Source: Emiliania huxleyi CCMP1516 (taxonomy: Eukaryota). From it: DNA of 64,000 bases. Numbering within the stretch: the first letter of the stretch is position 1; the number at the start of each line of letters is the position of its first letter. Position numbers and translations under genes: made by a program. Shown here piece by piece: positions 1 through 11,750 of this stretch. The DNA is taken from the NCBI RefSeq assembly GCF_000372725.1, contig NW_005201392.1:1059184-1123183 (forward strand), given 5' to 3'. The notes below the pieces were generated by a model. It saw only the letters and a program-made list of their open reading frames with translations, had not been told where the DNA came from and searched no databases.

Positions 1-476
1 AGGAGGGGAGGGGCGAGAAGGCTTTGCTCACCCGGCGGCGGAGTGGTCCAGCGGCCGTGGCGGGTGAACGCGAGAGGAGAGGCGCAAGTAGGAGTCGGCT
101 CAGCGCGAAGGCAGTGCACGAGCCGATCGTCTTGCCGAGCGAGGAGGCTGCGGCACGGCACGGAAGCTGCGTGAGCGGTGTGAGAGCGGCGGTCACTGTG
201 AGCACGGCACACACACGGCGCACGCTAAGCTGCGACGGCTTCGCACGATGAGGTATGCGGCCGACGAGGTGTGACGAGCTTGCTCGGGGCCCGCTCACCG
301 GTGCTGGAGAGGCCGACCGACCATGTGAAGCCAGCGGCGATCTCGACCGGTGTCGTCGGGAGGCAGCAGAGGGTCCAGCCCGCTAGGAAGAGCACGTAGT
401 ACGACAGCCCGTGCGGATGCTGCTGCAGCTGCTCGAAGAGGCCCTGCACGAAGACGAGGTGTGCAGACAGTGCCAT
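1..476 (-). CDS. VTT-domain (SNARE-associated/TVP38/TMEM64-like) membrane protein, 5' part, copy 1 (runs off window)
   Basis: ATG at 476; MALSAHLVF...YYVLFLAGWTLCCLPTTPVEIAAGFTW and downstream SSLGKTIGSCTAFALSRLLL match the VTT 'LPxxPxExxAGF...GxxxGxxxAFxxxR' pattern; intron-containing. Confidence 0.7.
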
Positions 477-793
477 CCGAGTCCTCGCAGGAGCCGCGGC
501 GAATCCTGTTGGAGCCCGGCAAGAAAAACAATTGTCAGATGTTTTCTTTCTTTCTAGCTTTGAAATCCCTGTGTGGTGGCGGCGACGCGGCGTGCCGTCC
601 TCCCATCCCTCTTTGGGGTTGTATTTTTTTCTCCTGGAGATGCCGTGATTGGAACAAGATCTTCCTTTCCGACACAGACAGAACACTGTCGAGGACTAAA
701 GTCTGCCCAGGTTAGTCAGGGCACGATGCCGGGCGTGAACACAACTAACTCGAACAACTAACGGACGTATCTGCTCCTGACAGAGAGGCATGC

Positions 794-1231
794 ATGCACC
801 GCGCTGCGCAGTCTCGCTCCCAAAAGGTGAACCAGAAACAGCTGCTGGCTGTGGTGATGGCAGGCGAGGATTCCGACGTTCAGCTCAATCCGCATCCCGC
901 TCGTGAGTGCATAAGTTGCACTGGAAGCATCGCTGCCCTGCACGGTCCTTTCACGTTCAGGACATGTCCACAGGCTAGTGCCACTCTGACGGAGGATGAG
1001 TCGCTGCGCCGGCTGGCACCACACCCAGGTGCGTGCGAGCAAGTGGCTTCCCTTCTTCCTCCCCCCACCCCTGAGAGATAACCTCTGCGCAGGGCTGCGT
1101 GAGCGAGTGGACATCAAGAAGGGACACATCATCATTACCGGCCTCGACTCCGACCTCATGCGGCAAGGCGTCCACCCGAGGCTGCAGCACGGTATTGAGC
1201 TGCTCTGTGACAACCCGCGCGAGGTGTCTGC
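794..1231 (+). CDS. Hypothetical spliced protein, copy 1, truncated by N-gap
   Basis: Near-identical to 2529-2966; exons MHRAAQ...APHPG / GLRERVDIKKGHIIITGLDSDLMRQG joined by a GT-AG intron. Confidence 0.4.
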
Positions 1232-1331
1232 NNNNNNNNNNNNNNNNNNNNNNNNNNNNNNNNNNNNNNNNNNNNNNNNNNNNNNNNNNNNNNNNNNNNN
1301 NNNNNNNNNNNNNNNNNNNNNNNNNNNNNNN
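1232..1331. other. Assembly gap (N)
   Basis: Run of 100 N. Confidence 1.
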
Positions 1332-1375
1332 CCCCTAACAAGCCCCGGGGCGGTCTTCGATCTGGTGGGGGCCCT

Positions 1376-1853
1376 ATGGGAGGGGCGAAGAAGGGCTTTG
1401 TTCACCCGGCGGCGGAGTGGTCCAGCGGCCGTGGCGGGTGAACGCGAGAGGAGAGGCGCAAGTAGGAGTCGGCTCAGCGCGAAGGCAGTGCACGAGCCGA
1501 TCGTCTTGCCGAGCGAGGAGGCTGCGGCACGGCACGGAAGCAGCTGCGTGAGCGGTGTGAGAGCGGCGGTCACTGTGAGCACGGCACACACACGGCGCAC
1601 GCTAAGCTGCGACGGCTTCGCACGATGAGGTATGCGGCCGACGAGGTGTGACGAGCTTGCTCGGGGCCCGCTCACCGGTGCTGGAGAGGCCGACCGACCA
1701 TGTGAAGCCAGCGGCGATCTCGACCGGTGTCGTCGGGAGGCAGCAGAGGGTCCAGCCCGCTAGGAAGAGCACGTAGTACGACAGCCCGTGCGGATGCTGC
1801 TGCAGCTGCTCGAAGAGGCCCTGCACGAAGACGAGGTGTGCAGACAGTGCCAT
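1376..1853 (-). CDS. VTT-domain membrane protein, 5' part, copy 2 (truncated at gap)
   Basis: Same peptide as copy 1; ATG at 1853. Confidence 0.7.
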
Positions 1854-2528
1854 CCGAGTCTGTCCTCGCAGGAGCCGCGGCGAATCCTGTTCGAGCCCGG
1901 CAAGGAAAAAGAACTGCGCGGCCGCGCGGCGCGGCCCGGGGCGGGGAGGATGGGTTGGGAGCGAGGGGGCGGAAGTGTTCAGTGCGGTAGATTGGCGAGC
2001 TCGAGGCGCGTGAGCCGGACCTGTGAGCCGGACCACCCCCTCTTGTTATCTGCGTTGTTGAGCCAGGACTCAACATACTCGGGCTTGCAATCCCAAACTG
2101 TCACTCCCCTTTCTCCCGGCCGGGGTGGGGCGCGCGCGGGGGCGGCGGGTGTGCGCGGGTGTGAGGGATGTCTGTGAGCCCGAGAGCGATATGCCATGTC
2201 CGCCTTGCGTTTGTTTTCATAACATCGAAGGCTAAGCTCAAAAAGAACTCCAGGCCGGAAGCGTTTTCTTCTTTCTTTCTTTTTCTTTCTAGCTTTGAAA
2301 TCCCTGTGTGGTGGCGGCGACGCGGCGTGCCGTCCTCCCATCCCTCTTTGGGGTTGTATTTTTTTCTCCTGGAGATGCCGTGATTGGAACAAGATCTTCC
2401 TTTCCGACACAGACAGAACACTGTCGAGGACTAAAGTCTGCCCAGGTTAGTCAGGGCACGATGCCGGGCGTGAACACAACTAACTCGAACAACTAACGGA
2501 CGTATCTGCTCCTGACAGAGAGGCATGC

Positions 2529-3560
2529 ATGCACCGCGCTGCGCAGTCTCGCTCCCAAAAGGTGAACCAGAAACAGCTGCTGGCTGTGGTGATGGCAGGC
2601 GAGGATTCCGACGTTCAGCTCAATCCGCATCCCGCTCGTGAGTGCATAAGTTGCACTGGAAGCATCGCTGCCCTGCACGGTCCTTTCACGTTCAGGACAT
2701 GTCCACAGGCTAGTGCCACTCTGACGGAGGATGAGTCGCTGCGCCGGCTGGCACCACACCCAGGTGCGTGCGAGCAAGTGGCTTCCCTTCTTCCTCCCCC
2801 CACCCCTGAGAGATAACCTCTGCGCAGGGCTGCGTGAGCGAGTGGACATCAAGAAGGGACACATCATCATTACCGGCCTCGACTCCGACCTCATGCGGCA
2901 AGGCGTCCACCCGAGGCTGCAGCAGGTAATTGAGCTGCTCTGTGACAACCCGCGCGAGGTGTCTGCGGCCAGCGCCCCCTCCCACCCCGACGCACCGTCG
3001 TGTCCCGATCTCACAGACACTCTCCGGTTGAGTAGAGACTCCGCGTGTGGGGCAGCCTCTACAACGAGCTGCGCGCATTCTGGGCCAAAGAGCGGGCTAT
3101 CTGCCAGCCGGAGCGGATCCGCGAGGGGTCGGACCATCGCAAGCTCCGACTCGCCATCGCCAACGCGTTCGTCGTCGTCGAGGACTGCCTCGCAGCGATC
3201 CTCGAGCTGGTGCGCCGCGACCAGTCGAGACAGAGCCTTGACAGATTCGTGACAATCACGAGATCCCATCCCATGCAACGTGCACGGTTCGGCATCGATC
3301 CACCTCACGTCCAAAACACTCCCGCCTTGCCCTGCAGGCGCAACAGGCTGCGGACGAAGTTAAGAGCAACCCCCCCTCCTCCCCGGGCCGTGCGATCGTC
3401 GTCTCCGTTGCGCCGGACGAGTTTCTGCAAAAGTACGCGTCGAGCCGCCAAAGCGACAACACAAGACGGCCGCGCACCAAAGTCGCGACGCCCAAGAGGT
3501 CGTACCGCGTGGTCTCGCCCCTCGAGCTGGCGGGCGTGAGGAGGACGGTCCCCAGCGCTT
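2529..3560 (+). CDS. Hypothetical multi-exon protein (3' end uncertain)
   Basis: Coding-like exons in three frames separated by GT-AG intervals (…LAPHPG / GLRERVDIKK…DNPRE / SLYNELRAFWAKER…AILEL). Confidence 0.45.
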
Positions 3561-3930
3561 GAGATCCCTCAGCGCCGGGGGCATCTGCTGATTGATTGGT
3601 GGCGGCGCTGTGAAATTGGAGCTTGCTTGAGCGAGGCGCGGCGTGAACGGAGGCGCACACACTATAAGTCTCTCCGCCATTGCGCTGCGTCGCCTCGAGA
3701 GCGAATAGGGGAACCCCCCCCCCCCCCCCGCCTCACGACGCGAATATATTGCCTTTTTTCGTGTTTTTTGAGATCGACCGTGCAGCCGCTGCTGGCCTGA
3801 GCGATTGCCCACTTGTTGTGACAAAAGAGGATTACTTTTTACGCACCGGCTGCCTCAACTTCCCCCCTCCCCGCCTGCAACCCCGCAGGAAACAAGCCTC
3901 CCTCCCGTGGGGTGATCTCCTCTCAGAGCG

Positions 3931-5621
3931 TCAGAGCTCGCTATCCGCCCGGCGCGAGGCCGAGAGTCGTACGCGGCACATATTGCACGAGCGGGCGCAT
4001 CGCTTGTGCATAAATTCGGGGTTGCGATTGCACTCGTCCGCCCTCGCCCACATCGGACACCGCTGGTCCTTGTCGTCGCACCCTAGGCCTGACGACTGCG
4101 CGGCCGCAGCCGTGCCCCCGCCCGTTCGGCCGGACGCCTCGGCCTGCAGCCGCCGCCGCGCTGCCTGGGCGGCAGCACCCCCCTTCTCGCTCGTAAGTTT
4201 CCCGCGGGGCAGCGCCGCGACCTGTTCACAGCATAAACAGTGAACTAGCACTCTCTGCGACTGCCCACGTGGGGCGGTGCCGCGACCGCTTCGTCTTTTG
4301 GGGCGGCCGATGCCTGAGTGGCTCCGGGCAGGTCCTGCACCGGATGTTGCACAGAAGATTTGGCGGGTGAGCACACTCCGCAGGTGCGTTTGCAACGCTT
4401 GTGCATGAAGAAGGGATTGCGCGTGCACTCGCCCGCCGCCTCCCAGACTGCGCAGTTGTCGGCCGAGGCAACGTCCACGCACGCGCCCTGAGAGGGTCAG
4501 AGGAGAGCGAGAGGGGGAGAGAGGACGACGAGAGGTGAAAAGCCGGCCTGAGTTTGTGGGCAGGATACGCACGTGTGTGTGTGTTGCCTTGGAGGATCGC
4601 GCTGCCTCCGCTGGGTCCGGGTCCTCGTATGTGTCTGGATCGTCGTCGTCGTCGTAGTCGACCTCGTCGTCGTAGTAGTCTAGCCGTCCGCCGGCGCGAG
4701 GATGGGCGAGGCCCGCGTTGCACCGGCCGCACGATACCGGGCAGTTGGACCGCATGAAAGCGACGTTCTTGTCGCACTCGCCTGCCGCTGCCCAACGTGG
4801 ACACATTGCTGAGGCGTCGACGCAGCCACTGCTCAGACAGGGGTTTGGGAGGAGCAGGTCAAGGTTATTTGTTTCTATGGCGCGCGCTGTGGTATGCAGA
4901 AATGGCATGCGGTGGCCATGCGGGCTACGCAATCGTGAGTCCCAGCTCCTCGGGAGTGGCCTCACCTGCCCGGGCTGAGAGGGGAGAGCGTCGAGGGCGC
5001 AGGCGACAGCCCGTCCCCGGGCGCTGGCGACAGCTCATCCTCGGGAGGTCTCCGGCGTGGCATGACCAGCGTCGTCTCACCAAGGAGGGCGCTCTCCAAG
5101 TCGCGCACCACCTCCGGGCCGCCCTCCTGCGAGGACGCGCCGGATGCAGCAGCCGCAGCCGCCTCTCCCTCGGCCGTAGCACCCTTCCCTGCGGCCTGGC
5201 CGCCAGCCTCGCCGCCTGCCCGCTGCCGCGGCAGTCGAGACCTGGTGGCCTGGGCCGGGATGTCGCCCCTTCCCGCGCTGGCTCTGGCAGAGGCGGCGGA
5301 GGCGGCGGCGGAGGCGGCATCGTCGGAAGAGTCCGAAGATGAGCGGAGCCGGTTAGGACCCTCTGCGGAATTGAGCACGCGGCGGGATGATTCGCCTCCT
5401 GCGTTCGGGCTACTATGCGCGCTAGATGCCGGGACTTCATCTTCCGAGTCCAGAGTATTCATCAACCCAGAGTGCAGCTCTTCCCGGCCGGCCACGCGGC
5501 TGCCGACAGCGATTGCTCCCACCACGAGAACCAGGGCCGCCGCAGCGATTGCAAGCCTACCAATTGGGCGGAGATCAGGGTGGGATAATGAGCAGCGCGG
5601 TACCAGCACGCATGTGGTCCA
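3931..5621 (-). CDS. Membrane-anchored/secretory protein with three ShK (ShKT) domains; start uncertain
   Basis: CVDASAMCPRWAAAGECDKNVAFMRSNCPVSCGRC, CVDVASADNCAVWEAAGECTRNPFFMHKRCKRTCGVC and CDDKDQRCPMWARADECNRNPEFMHKRCARSCNMC fit the 6-Cys ShK consensus; N-terminal hydrophobic LAIAAAALVLVVGAIAV. Confidence 0.85.
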
Positions 5622-6462
5622 TGCAGCGGAGGGCTAGAACTGCACGGTCGGCTGCTGGCACGCACCGGCGAATGCGGCACCGCCTCGTCTCAATTGTATC
5701 CTGTGAGCAGCGCGGCAGCAGCGGTGGGCTCTTGGGGGACGAACCCGAGAGACGGGAGGAGAGAGAGCCGGACGAGAGGCTCCGGCGGCCGGCGCCGACG
5801 ACGACCGCGTCCATCCCTAAGCGGCCGCCACGCGGCGGTGCACCACGACTGCCAGTAGCTGGAGAGCTGGTTGTGTTGGCCGCCTCTCCGTCCCGACGCC
5901 AAGGAATTCTCAAAGACTAGACTTGAAACTTGTGTAAAATCGCACCGGCTGCAGACTTGAGCGCTGATAGCGCGTCCTATTTGGAGAACGAGTCGGGGGA
6001 GGGGGGGGGGGGGTCCCGTGCTCAACAATACCTAGCACGTGGGAAGGATACAATATGGTATTGTTGGTTATTTTGGGCTGTCGCAAGGCTCCTCATGTCC
6101 GCGTCGGATACAGCCTTGAGGCTGGTCAACGCTGCTGTGATCGCGTCTTTGAAGTCTGGCATGAGCCCCGAGACCCCTGTGGTGTCGGTTTCGATTATTT
6201 TCTCGACCGCGCTTTACTGTATTAAGAGGTAACTCTCAGTGATCAGTGTAGCTGTAGGGTCCTCTGTGTGTATACTGTGAGTGACACTGACAGACTCGAG
6301 AGACTCTGAGTCTGCTGACACACACTCCATTAGAGCACAGCCGGAAAGATAAACAAGCTACAAGGGCCAAGCGAAAGGGAGAGGGAGGCGCTTCCCCACT
6401 CAGACGTCGTGACGTGGATAGAGTAAAACCTACACGAACACACCCGCCGCGGACGCCTAGAG

Positions 6463-9364
6463 CTAGACCAACTGTAGACCGCACGAGCCCCGCTCCTCCT
6501 CTCTCCACCCGGCCTCCAGCGTGGTGACTCGCGACTCGTGTACGCCGTCGACACGGACGTCAAAGACGTGCCTCGCCCATTCGTTGAACTAAAAGGCGCG
6601 GGGGGGGGGGGGGGGGGGGGCTTCTTCTTTGGCTGGCACTCAAGCACCTCTCCAAAGCTGCCAAAACTCTCCTCAATCACCGCGAGCAGCGCCTGCCGGT
6701 CCTCGGGCCGCGCGCAGCGCGCTTGCGCCGCGTCAAAGGAGGCGAAGGACGCGGCCACGTCCGCGAGGGTTGCGTGCGCCGGCACGTCGTCCGAGACGGC
6801 GCGGGAGCGTTGCCTGGGTATGTTGAGTACACAAGTTGGAGTGGTTCGGCGTCGTGCTGTGCATTCAGAGCACCGCACGAAACCGAGGGCTGCGGATACA
6901 GTGAATACAGCGGAAGGCAATGCAGTTAAGTACGTGCCCTCTCGAGTGCGAGTCGATGGCACAGATCTGTACTCAGCATTAGTAGGGAGCGTTGCCGCGT
7001 CGACGGCTCGGCGAAGGGCAGGACGGTGATGCGCTCGAGCGGCGCGCCTGACAGCGGGCGCAAACAGCGTTCGCGTGCGTGCGGTGAAGCGGGCAGCTGA
7101 GGTGCGGTGCGGCGGACCCATCTTGAGAAAGGTGAACAGTTCGATGACGCACCTGAGACGAGGCAAGGTCGCGTGAGCTTCCTCACGCGCTGGGCATCTC
7201 CACATCCTGAGGCAGGCAGGAGCCCCATGGCATTGAAGGTGCAAGGGGCCCCTTGATCATGAGTGAGCCGTGTGAGTAGCCGATCGCGCTGCAACATCTC
7301 GTGCCGCCTGCCACCGCCGCCGCCGCCGCCGCGCAGCCCGCGAGAGACTCTCCCTCTCTGCTGCTCTAGTGACTTCCCTCTAGGCGAGACGCGCTCTAAG
7401 GGAGGGGCGGCGCACCAGAGCCGGCTGCTGTACGTCGGCCCCGCGAGGACGAGCAGGCGGTCGCAGCCCGCCAGGAAGATGGGCAGGCACGCGAGCGCCT
7501 CCTGCACGTTTCGCTGGTCGATGCAGAGCTTGTCGAGCCAGACGGTGGGCAGCCGGCCGTGCTCCTCCTCGAACGCCTCGGCCCACGCGCTCAGTGCGGC
7601 CCACTTTGGCCCGGGCGGGTCGCTCCACGAGTGAGAGATGAAGGCGTCGCACTGGCCCATGAGCCGCGGCTCGCTCCTCCAATGGCTGGTCAGACGCTCC
7701 AACAATGACGACGGACGTCGCTGAGCCTCCTCCTCCTCGCCGCCCTCGCCGCCCCCGCCGCCCTCGCCGCCGATCGCGCTGCCGCGGCTGCCGCCGCGAC
7801 TGCCGTTGCGGCTGCCGGCCGCCCTGCCGGAGAGGAGGCTTCCGCGCTGGCAGGAGCGCCTCGCCGAGTGTTCGCGCGCGGCGACGTCGGGGACGAAGTC
7901 CGTCCTGTCGAGCAGCTCGAAGCAGACGGTCCGGAAGTGCGCCTCTGCCCATTGCAGCAGCATGTCGACGTTGTCCGCTAATACACTATCCTCTCCGTGC
8001 ACCGGCGAGAAGAGCGCCGCCAGCATGGCCGCCTCCCGCTCCTCCGCCGTCGACCCCGTGCGGTAGAGCGCGGCGAGGGCGGCGGCCCTCACGCCTGGCT
8101 CGAGCATCACGACGAAGGAGAGGAGGGAGAGGCCGCAGAGCAGCAGCGGCGGGAAGAAGTCGTCATTCGTGAAGAAGAGCGGGTCAACGTCCACCTGTGC
8201 GAGATGTGGCCGAGGTGGCAGCCGAGGTCTCACCCGAGGTTGAAGAAGAGAGCGGGGCGACGTCCGCCATTCGCAGCGGCAGATAGGCAAGGGTCGTGAC
8301 GCCGGCGAGGCCACCCGCGTACCTGGCCACGTCTGCGTGCAGCAGCAGCGCGCGGCGAGGGCAGTAGCTGCCGCACCCCTGGTGCAGCAGGATGGCAACC
8401 AAGGAGGCGAAGGTGACCGCGTCGATGGCCGCGAGCGAAGCCAGCCACGGGAGGCAGTAGCCACCCGTGTGCCTCGCGTGCCAGCCGACGAAGCCGAGGG
8501 TGCAGCCCCACGCGAGCACGACGAGTGCAGTGGCGAGCACGTTTGCGAAGACCATCGCGCTGTCGGATGGGCGGACGGACAGGAAGCCTGAAACAGGCCG
8601 GTGCGGATCAAGACAGCGACGCTGTGGACTGCGGGCGGGCGGGTGGACAGGAAGCCGAGGCAGAGCGCCGGCGGCCAGATCGCCACCGGGAGGAGGGGGC
8701 TGCCCCAATACCGCATCGGCCAGATGCGGAAGACGAGGGAGAGGAAGAGCGGCGTGAAGGCCCACCAGCAAGAGGCGAGGCCGAGCACCTGGAGCAGAAG
8801 AGAGCGAGCAAGGCTGTGAACGAAAGAGACCAGGAAGCCGCGCCGAGGCGACGTGCTCCACCTGCAGCAGCATCTGCACGCGCACTCGAATCCGCCGCCG
8901 CGCCGCACCCGCACGCGAGAGCTGCCTCGCCAGGTCGACGCGGCTGCTGCTGCTGCCGGCGAGAGCGCGGCTGCCGCCACTCGGCCCGCCTGGAAGGCGG
9001 CGCGCCGCCGACGGTGAGCGAGCAGAGAAGGACCCCCACACCAGGCCCGTCAGGTCGGCGGTTCGCCACGCCGCCGTCGCTGTCGCCAGCAGCGCCGCGG
9101 CTCGCAGCCTGCTGCGCAAGCCGCGCCCGCCGACGCCGCCGCCATCGCCATCGCCGCCGCCGCCGCCGCCGCCGCCGCTGCCGCCGCCATCCTGGCCGCC
9201 CTCGCTGCCGCCACTGCCGCCGTTACCGCCGCCGCTGCCGCCGCCGCTGCCACCGCCACCGCCGCCGCCGCCGCTGCCGCCGCCATCCTGGCCGCCCTCG
9301 CTGCCGCCACTGCCGCCGTTACCGCCGCCGCTGCCGCCGCCGCTGCCACCGCTGCCGGCGACAC

Positions 9365-9395
<31 letters not shown>

Positions 9396-9418
9396 GCTGC
9401 CACCGCTGCCGGCGACAC

Positions 9419-9449
<31 letters not shown>

Positions 9450-10838
9450 GCTGCCCCTCTCGCAGCCGCTCGTGCTCTCCGCTTCGGCGCGAAGGAATCC
9501 AATACCAAACCAAGAGCGGCGGCCGCTGCCACCGCCCTCGTTGCCACCGCCCTCGCTGCCACCTCCACCGCTGCCACCTCCACCGCTGCCATCCCCACCG
9601 CTACCACCGCCACCGCCGCCACCGCTGTAGCACCCACCCCCTCCGCCTCCTCTGCCGCCGCCGCCGCCGCCTCCGCCGCCGCCTCCGCCGCGCGTCCGCA
9701 CGCGCGCGCGTGTCGTCGGCTCCCTGCCTCGCTTGCCGCCGCCGCCGCCGCCGCCGCCGCTGCTGCTGCTGCTGCTGCGTCGGCTCTCTCGCATGATGAG
9801 CGCGCCCCAACCGACCAGCAGCGCGAGTGTGAGGCTGCCTACTCTCGGGAGATCTCGCGTGATCTGGCGTGATCTCGGGAGATCTCGGCCGCCCCATCCG
9901 ACCAGCGGCGCGACGGCGGATTGTCTCGCCTGTGTGTCTGCGTGTCGCTCCGGTGTGTGCGTCTCGTCCTCCTTGCGTAGATGGCGTGGTTTCTCGCTGT
10001 GTTTCGCCTCACGACCTGTCCATCTACGGTGAGGCTGCCGCAGCCGAGCAGGTACATCGCGGCGCCTACACCATGAACATCAGAGTCAGGGCGGGAACGG
10101 CATCGCGCAGTGTACTCGTGGCGGCGCGTGAAGCGAGGCTGCGACTACAGTCAATCCAGCTCAACACAGCTGTCTGCACTCAGCTTCTAAGGCAGCAGTG
10201 CCGAAGACGCCGCGTTTTGCGGTCGACGAGCCGGTAGAGGCCAAATGTGTCTCCTCCTCGTCCCTGAACCCGTCTACCAACACGGCGCCGCGCTCGCACA
10301 AGCAGCGGTACCGCATGTAGCAGCCCTCGTCCCGCCAGCCACCGTCGGCGTCAACGGCCACGCAGTCCTGCATCGCAAAGAAGTCGTCCGGCTCGCCCAG
10401 CCGCCAGTGGGAGTACGAGTCGTCGCACCCGACCGTCGCCGGCTTCCACCCCGCTTCGGAGCCGTGGCGGATCGGCCACTGGTGGTGGCCGAGCCAGAGG
10501 TACGGCCCGGTGTACCCGTAGTCGCGCGGGCCGAAGTCTCCGAAGACGGTGTTTGCGACGAAGTCGGTTGCGGCTGCCGAGTCGATGCAGGCGAGCGCAA
10601 CCGGCTCTCCATCTGTCTGATCCGAGAGTCTGTGGCAGGCATCGATGCACTCTAGGTGGGTGTAGCGCGCAGGCGTGACAAAGTACGAACGATCGCCTTT
10701 GTAGAGCCAGCCCTCAGGGAGTGGCGGCCGAGGCCTCGCGCTGAGCAAAGCGATGGCGATCAAGGAGAACGATGACGATAGTAAGCATACAACGAGCAAT
10801 GCCGAGGGCCTCGCGCTGCGTGTCGCCGTTGTCTGCAT
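6463..10838 (-). CDS. Putative receptor: signal anchor + C-type lectin domain + ~7 TM helices (Gly-rich loop) + TIR-like domain; multi-exon
   Basis: CTL motifs (LACIDS, LWLG, YSHWRLGEPDD, DCV, GGWRDEGC..RYRCLCE); TIR-like CDAFISHSWSD…WLDKLCIDQ…LPIFLAGCDRLLVLAGPTYSSRLW|CVIEL; frame-preserving introns inferred at 10066-10210, 9839-10038, ~8790-8861, 8588-8655, 7153-7415 and others; last exon FNEWARHVFD…LQLV* ends 6463. Confidence 0.7.
9130..9780. repeat. GCC/GGC trinucleotide-rich low-complexity tract (poly-Gly exon)
   Basis: Imperfect (GCC)n with duplicated sub-blocks. Confidence 0.9.
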
Positions 10839-10959
10839 GCTGCTAGCGCCGCCATTGAAAAAAGAGAGAACATGCGGGGGGAGGCCGAACGGAGAAGCCC
10901 CGAGGCGTGACGTCGAGTGCTCGAGTGAGGATGTACGTCGTGTGCGTGTCTGGTGTTTA

Positions 10960-11646
10960 TTAGCTCCGAGGGGGCGCTCCGCTGCTAGGGGAAACCTGGA
11001 GCGCGGACTAACCCTCGGAGACCCGTCCGTGTTTACTTTATGGCCCTTTCCCTGCGAACGCGCACCCCCGGGGCTACTCGAGTAGGGCTCTCTTGCCCTG
11101 GTGCTTGGACCGTGTACATGGCGCCGACGACGCGCCGCCCGGCGTGAGCGGCACCGCCATGGACTCGGGCAACGTTGGCGGGCCGCCGGCTGCGTCGCCC
11201 TCGAGCTGCCTCAACTGCTGCTCCTCGACCATGTCGACGTCGCACATCAGCCGCTGGCTCATCAGTAGCGCCGCCAGGAGCTTGGCCGATCGCGCCGCCC
11301 ACCCGCTTGGCTGTAAGCGCGCGGTGGACCTTGCAGGCCAGGCGCCAGGCCGAGCCACAAACGATGCCATCGCGTCAACTTTCCCTATAGCTGGGGTCGA
11401 TCCCAATAGACAGTCCGACCACCCTACAGTACTAGCCCGCCTCAACCCACTTTACCCATGTACATACTATTATACTACACTGTGCAGTGTAATGTCCAGT
11501 CCACTAGCTCCGAGTAGAGGGGGCGTCCACTGCAGCACGAGCAGTTAAGGGGAAACCCGGTACGCGGGTCCAACCCTCGGAGAATGTTTACTTTACGGCC
11601 CTTTCCCTGCGAACGCGCACCCCCCAGGGCTAGGGCTCTCTTGCCC
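10960..11646 (+). repeat. Degenerate ~140-bp direct repeat pair (~10960-11098 and ~11505-11646)
   Basis: Both contain tagctccgag…ggggaaacc…aaccctcggaga…tgtttacttta.ggccctttccctgcgaacgcgcaccccc…tagggctctcttgccc. Confidence 0.85.
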
Positions 11647-11684
11647 GCAACCCGATCCCAATCATCCGGCCGGCCCGCTGGGTG

Positions 11685-11750
11685 CGCTTCTTAGCTCCCC
11701 GGCCCTGGATGTGCGGTTAATGACTGCACTCCAAGTGCTCCAAGTGCCCG
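11685..11750 (+). repeat. Dispersed repeat module (reverse complement of 29451-29516)
   Basis: cgcttcttagctccccggccctggatgtg.ggtta..gactgcactccaagtgctccaagtgcccg present in both places. Confidence 0.9.

Larger units (their letters stand above)
1..2966. repeat. Direct duplication across 100-N gap (1-520 ~ 1376-1905; ~545-1231 ~ ~2280-2966)
   Basis: Near-identical sequence with small indels; copy 1 lacks ~1905-2280 of copy 2. Confidence 0.9.

Noticed and set aside
6025..6230. Coding-like minus-strand fragment KAVEKIIETDTTGVSGLMPDFKDAIT
   Set aside because: No start, domain or linkage to other exons could be supported
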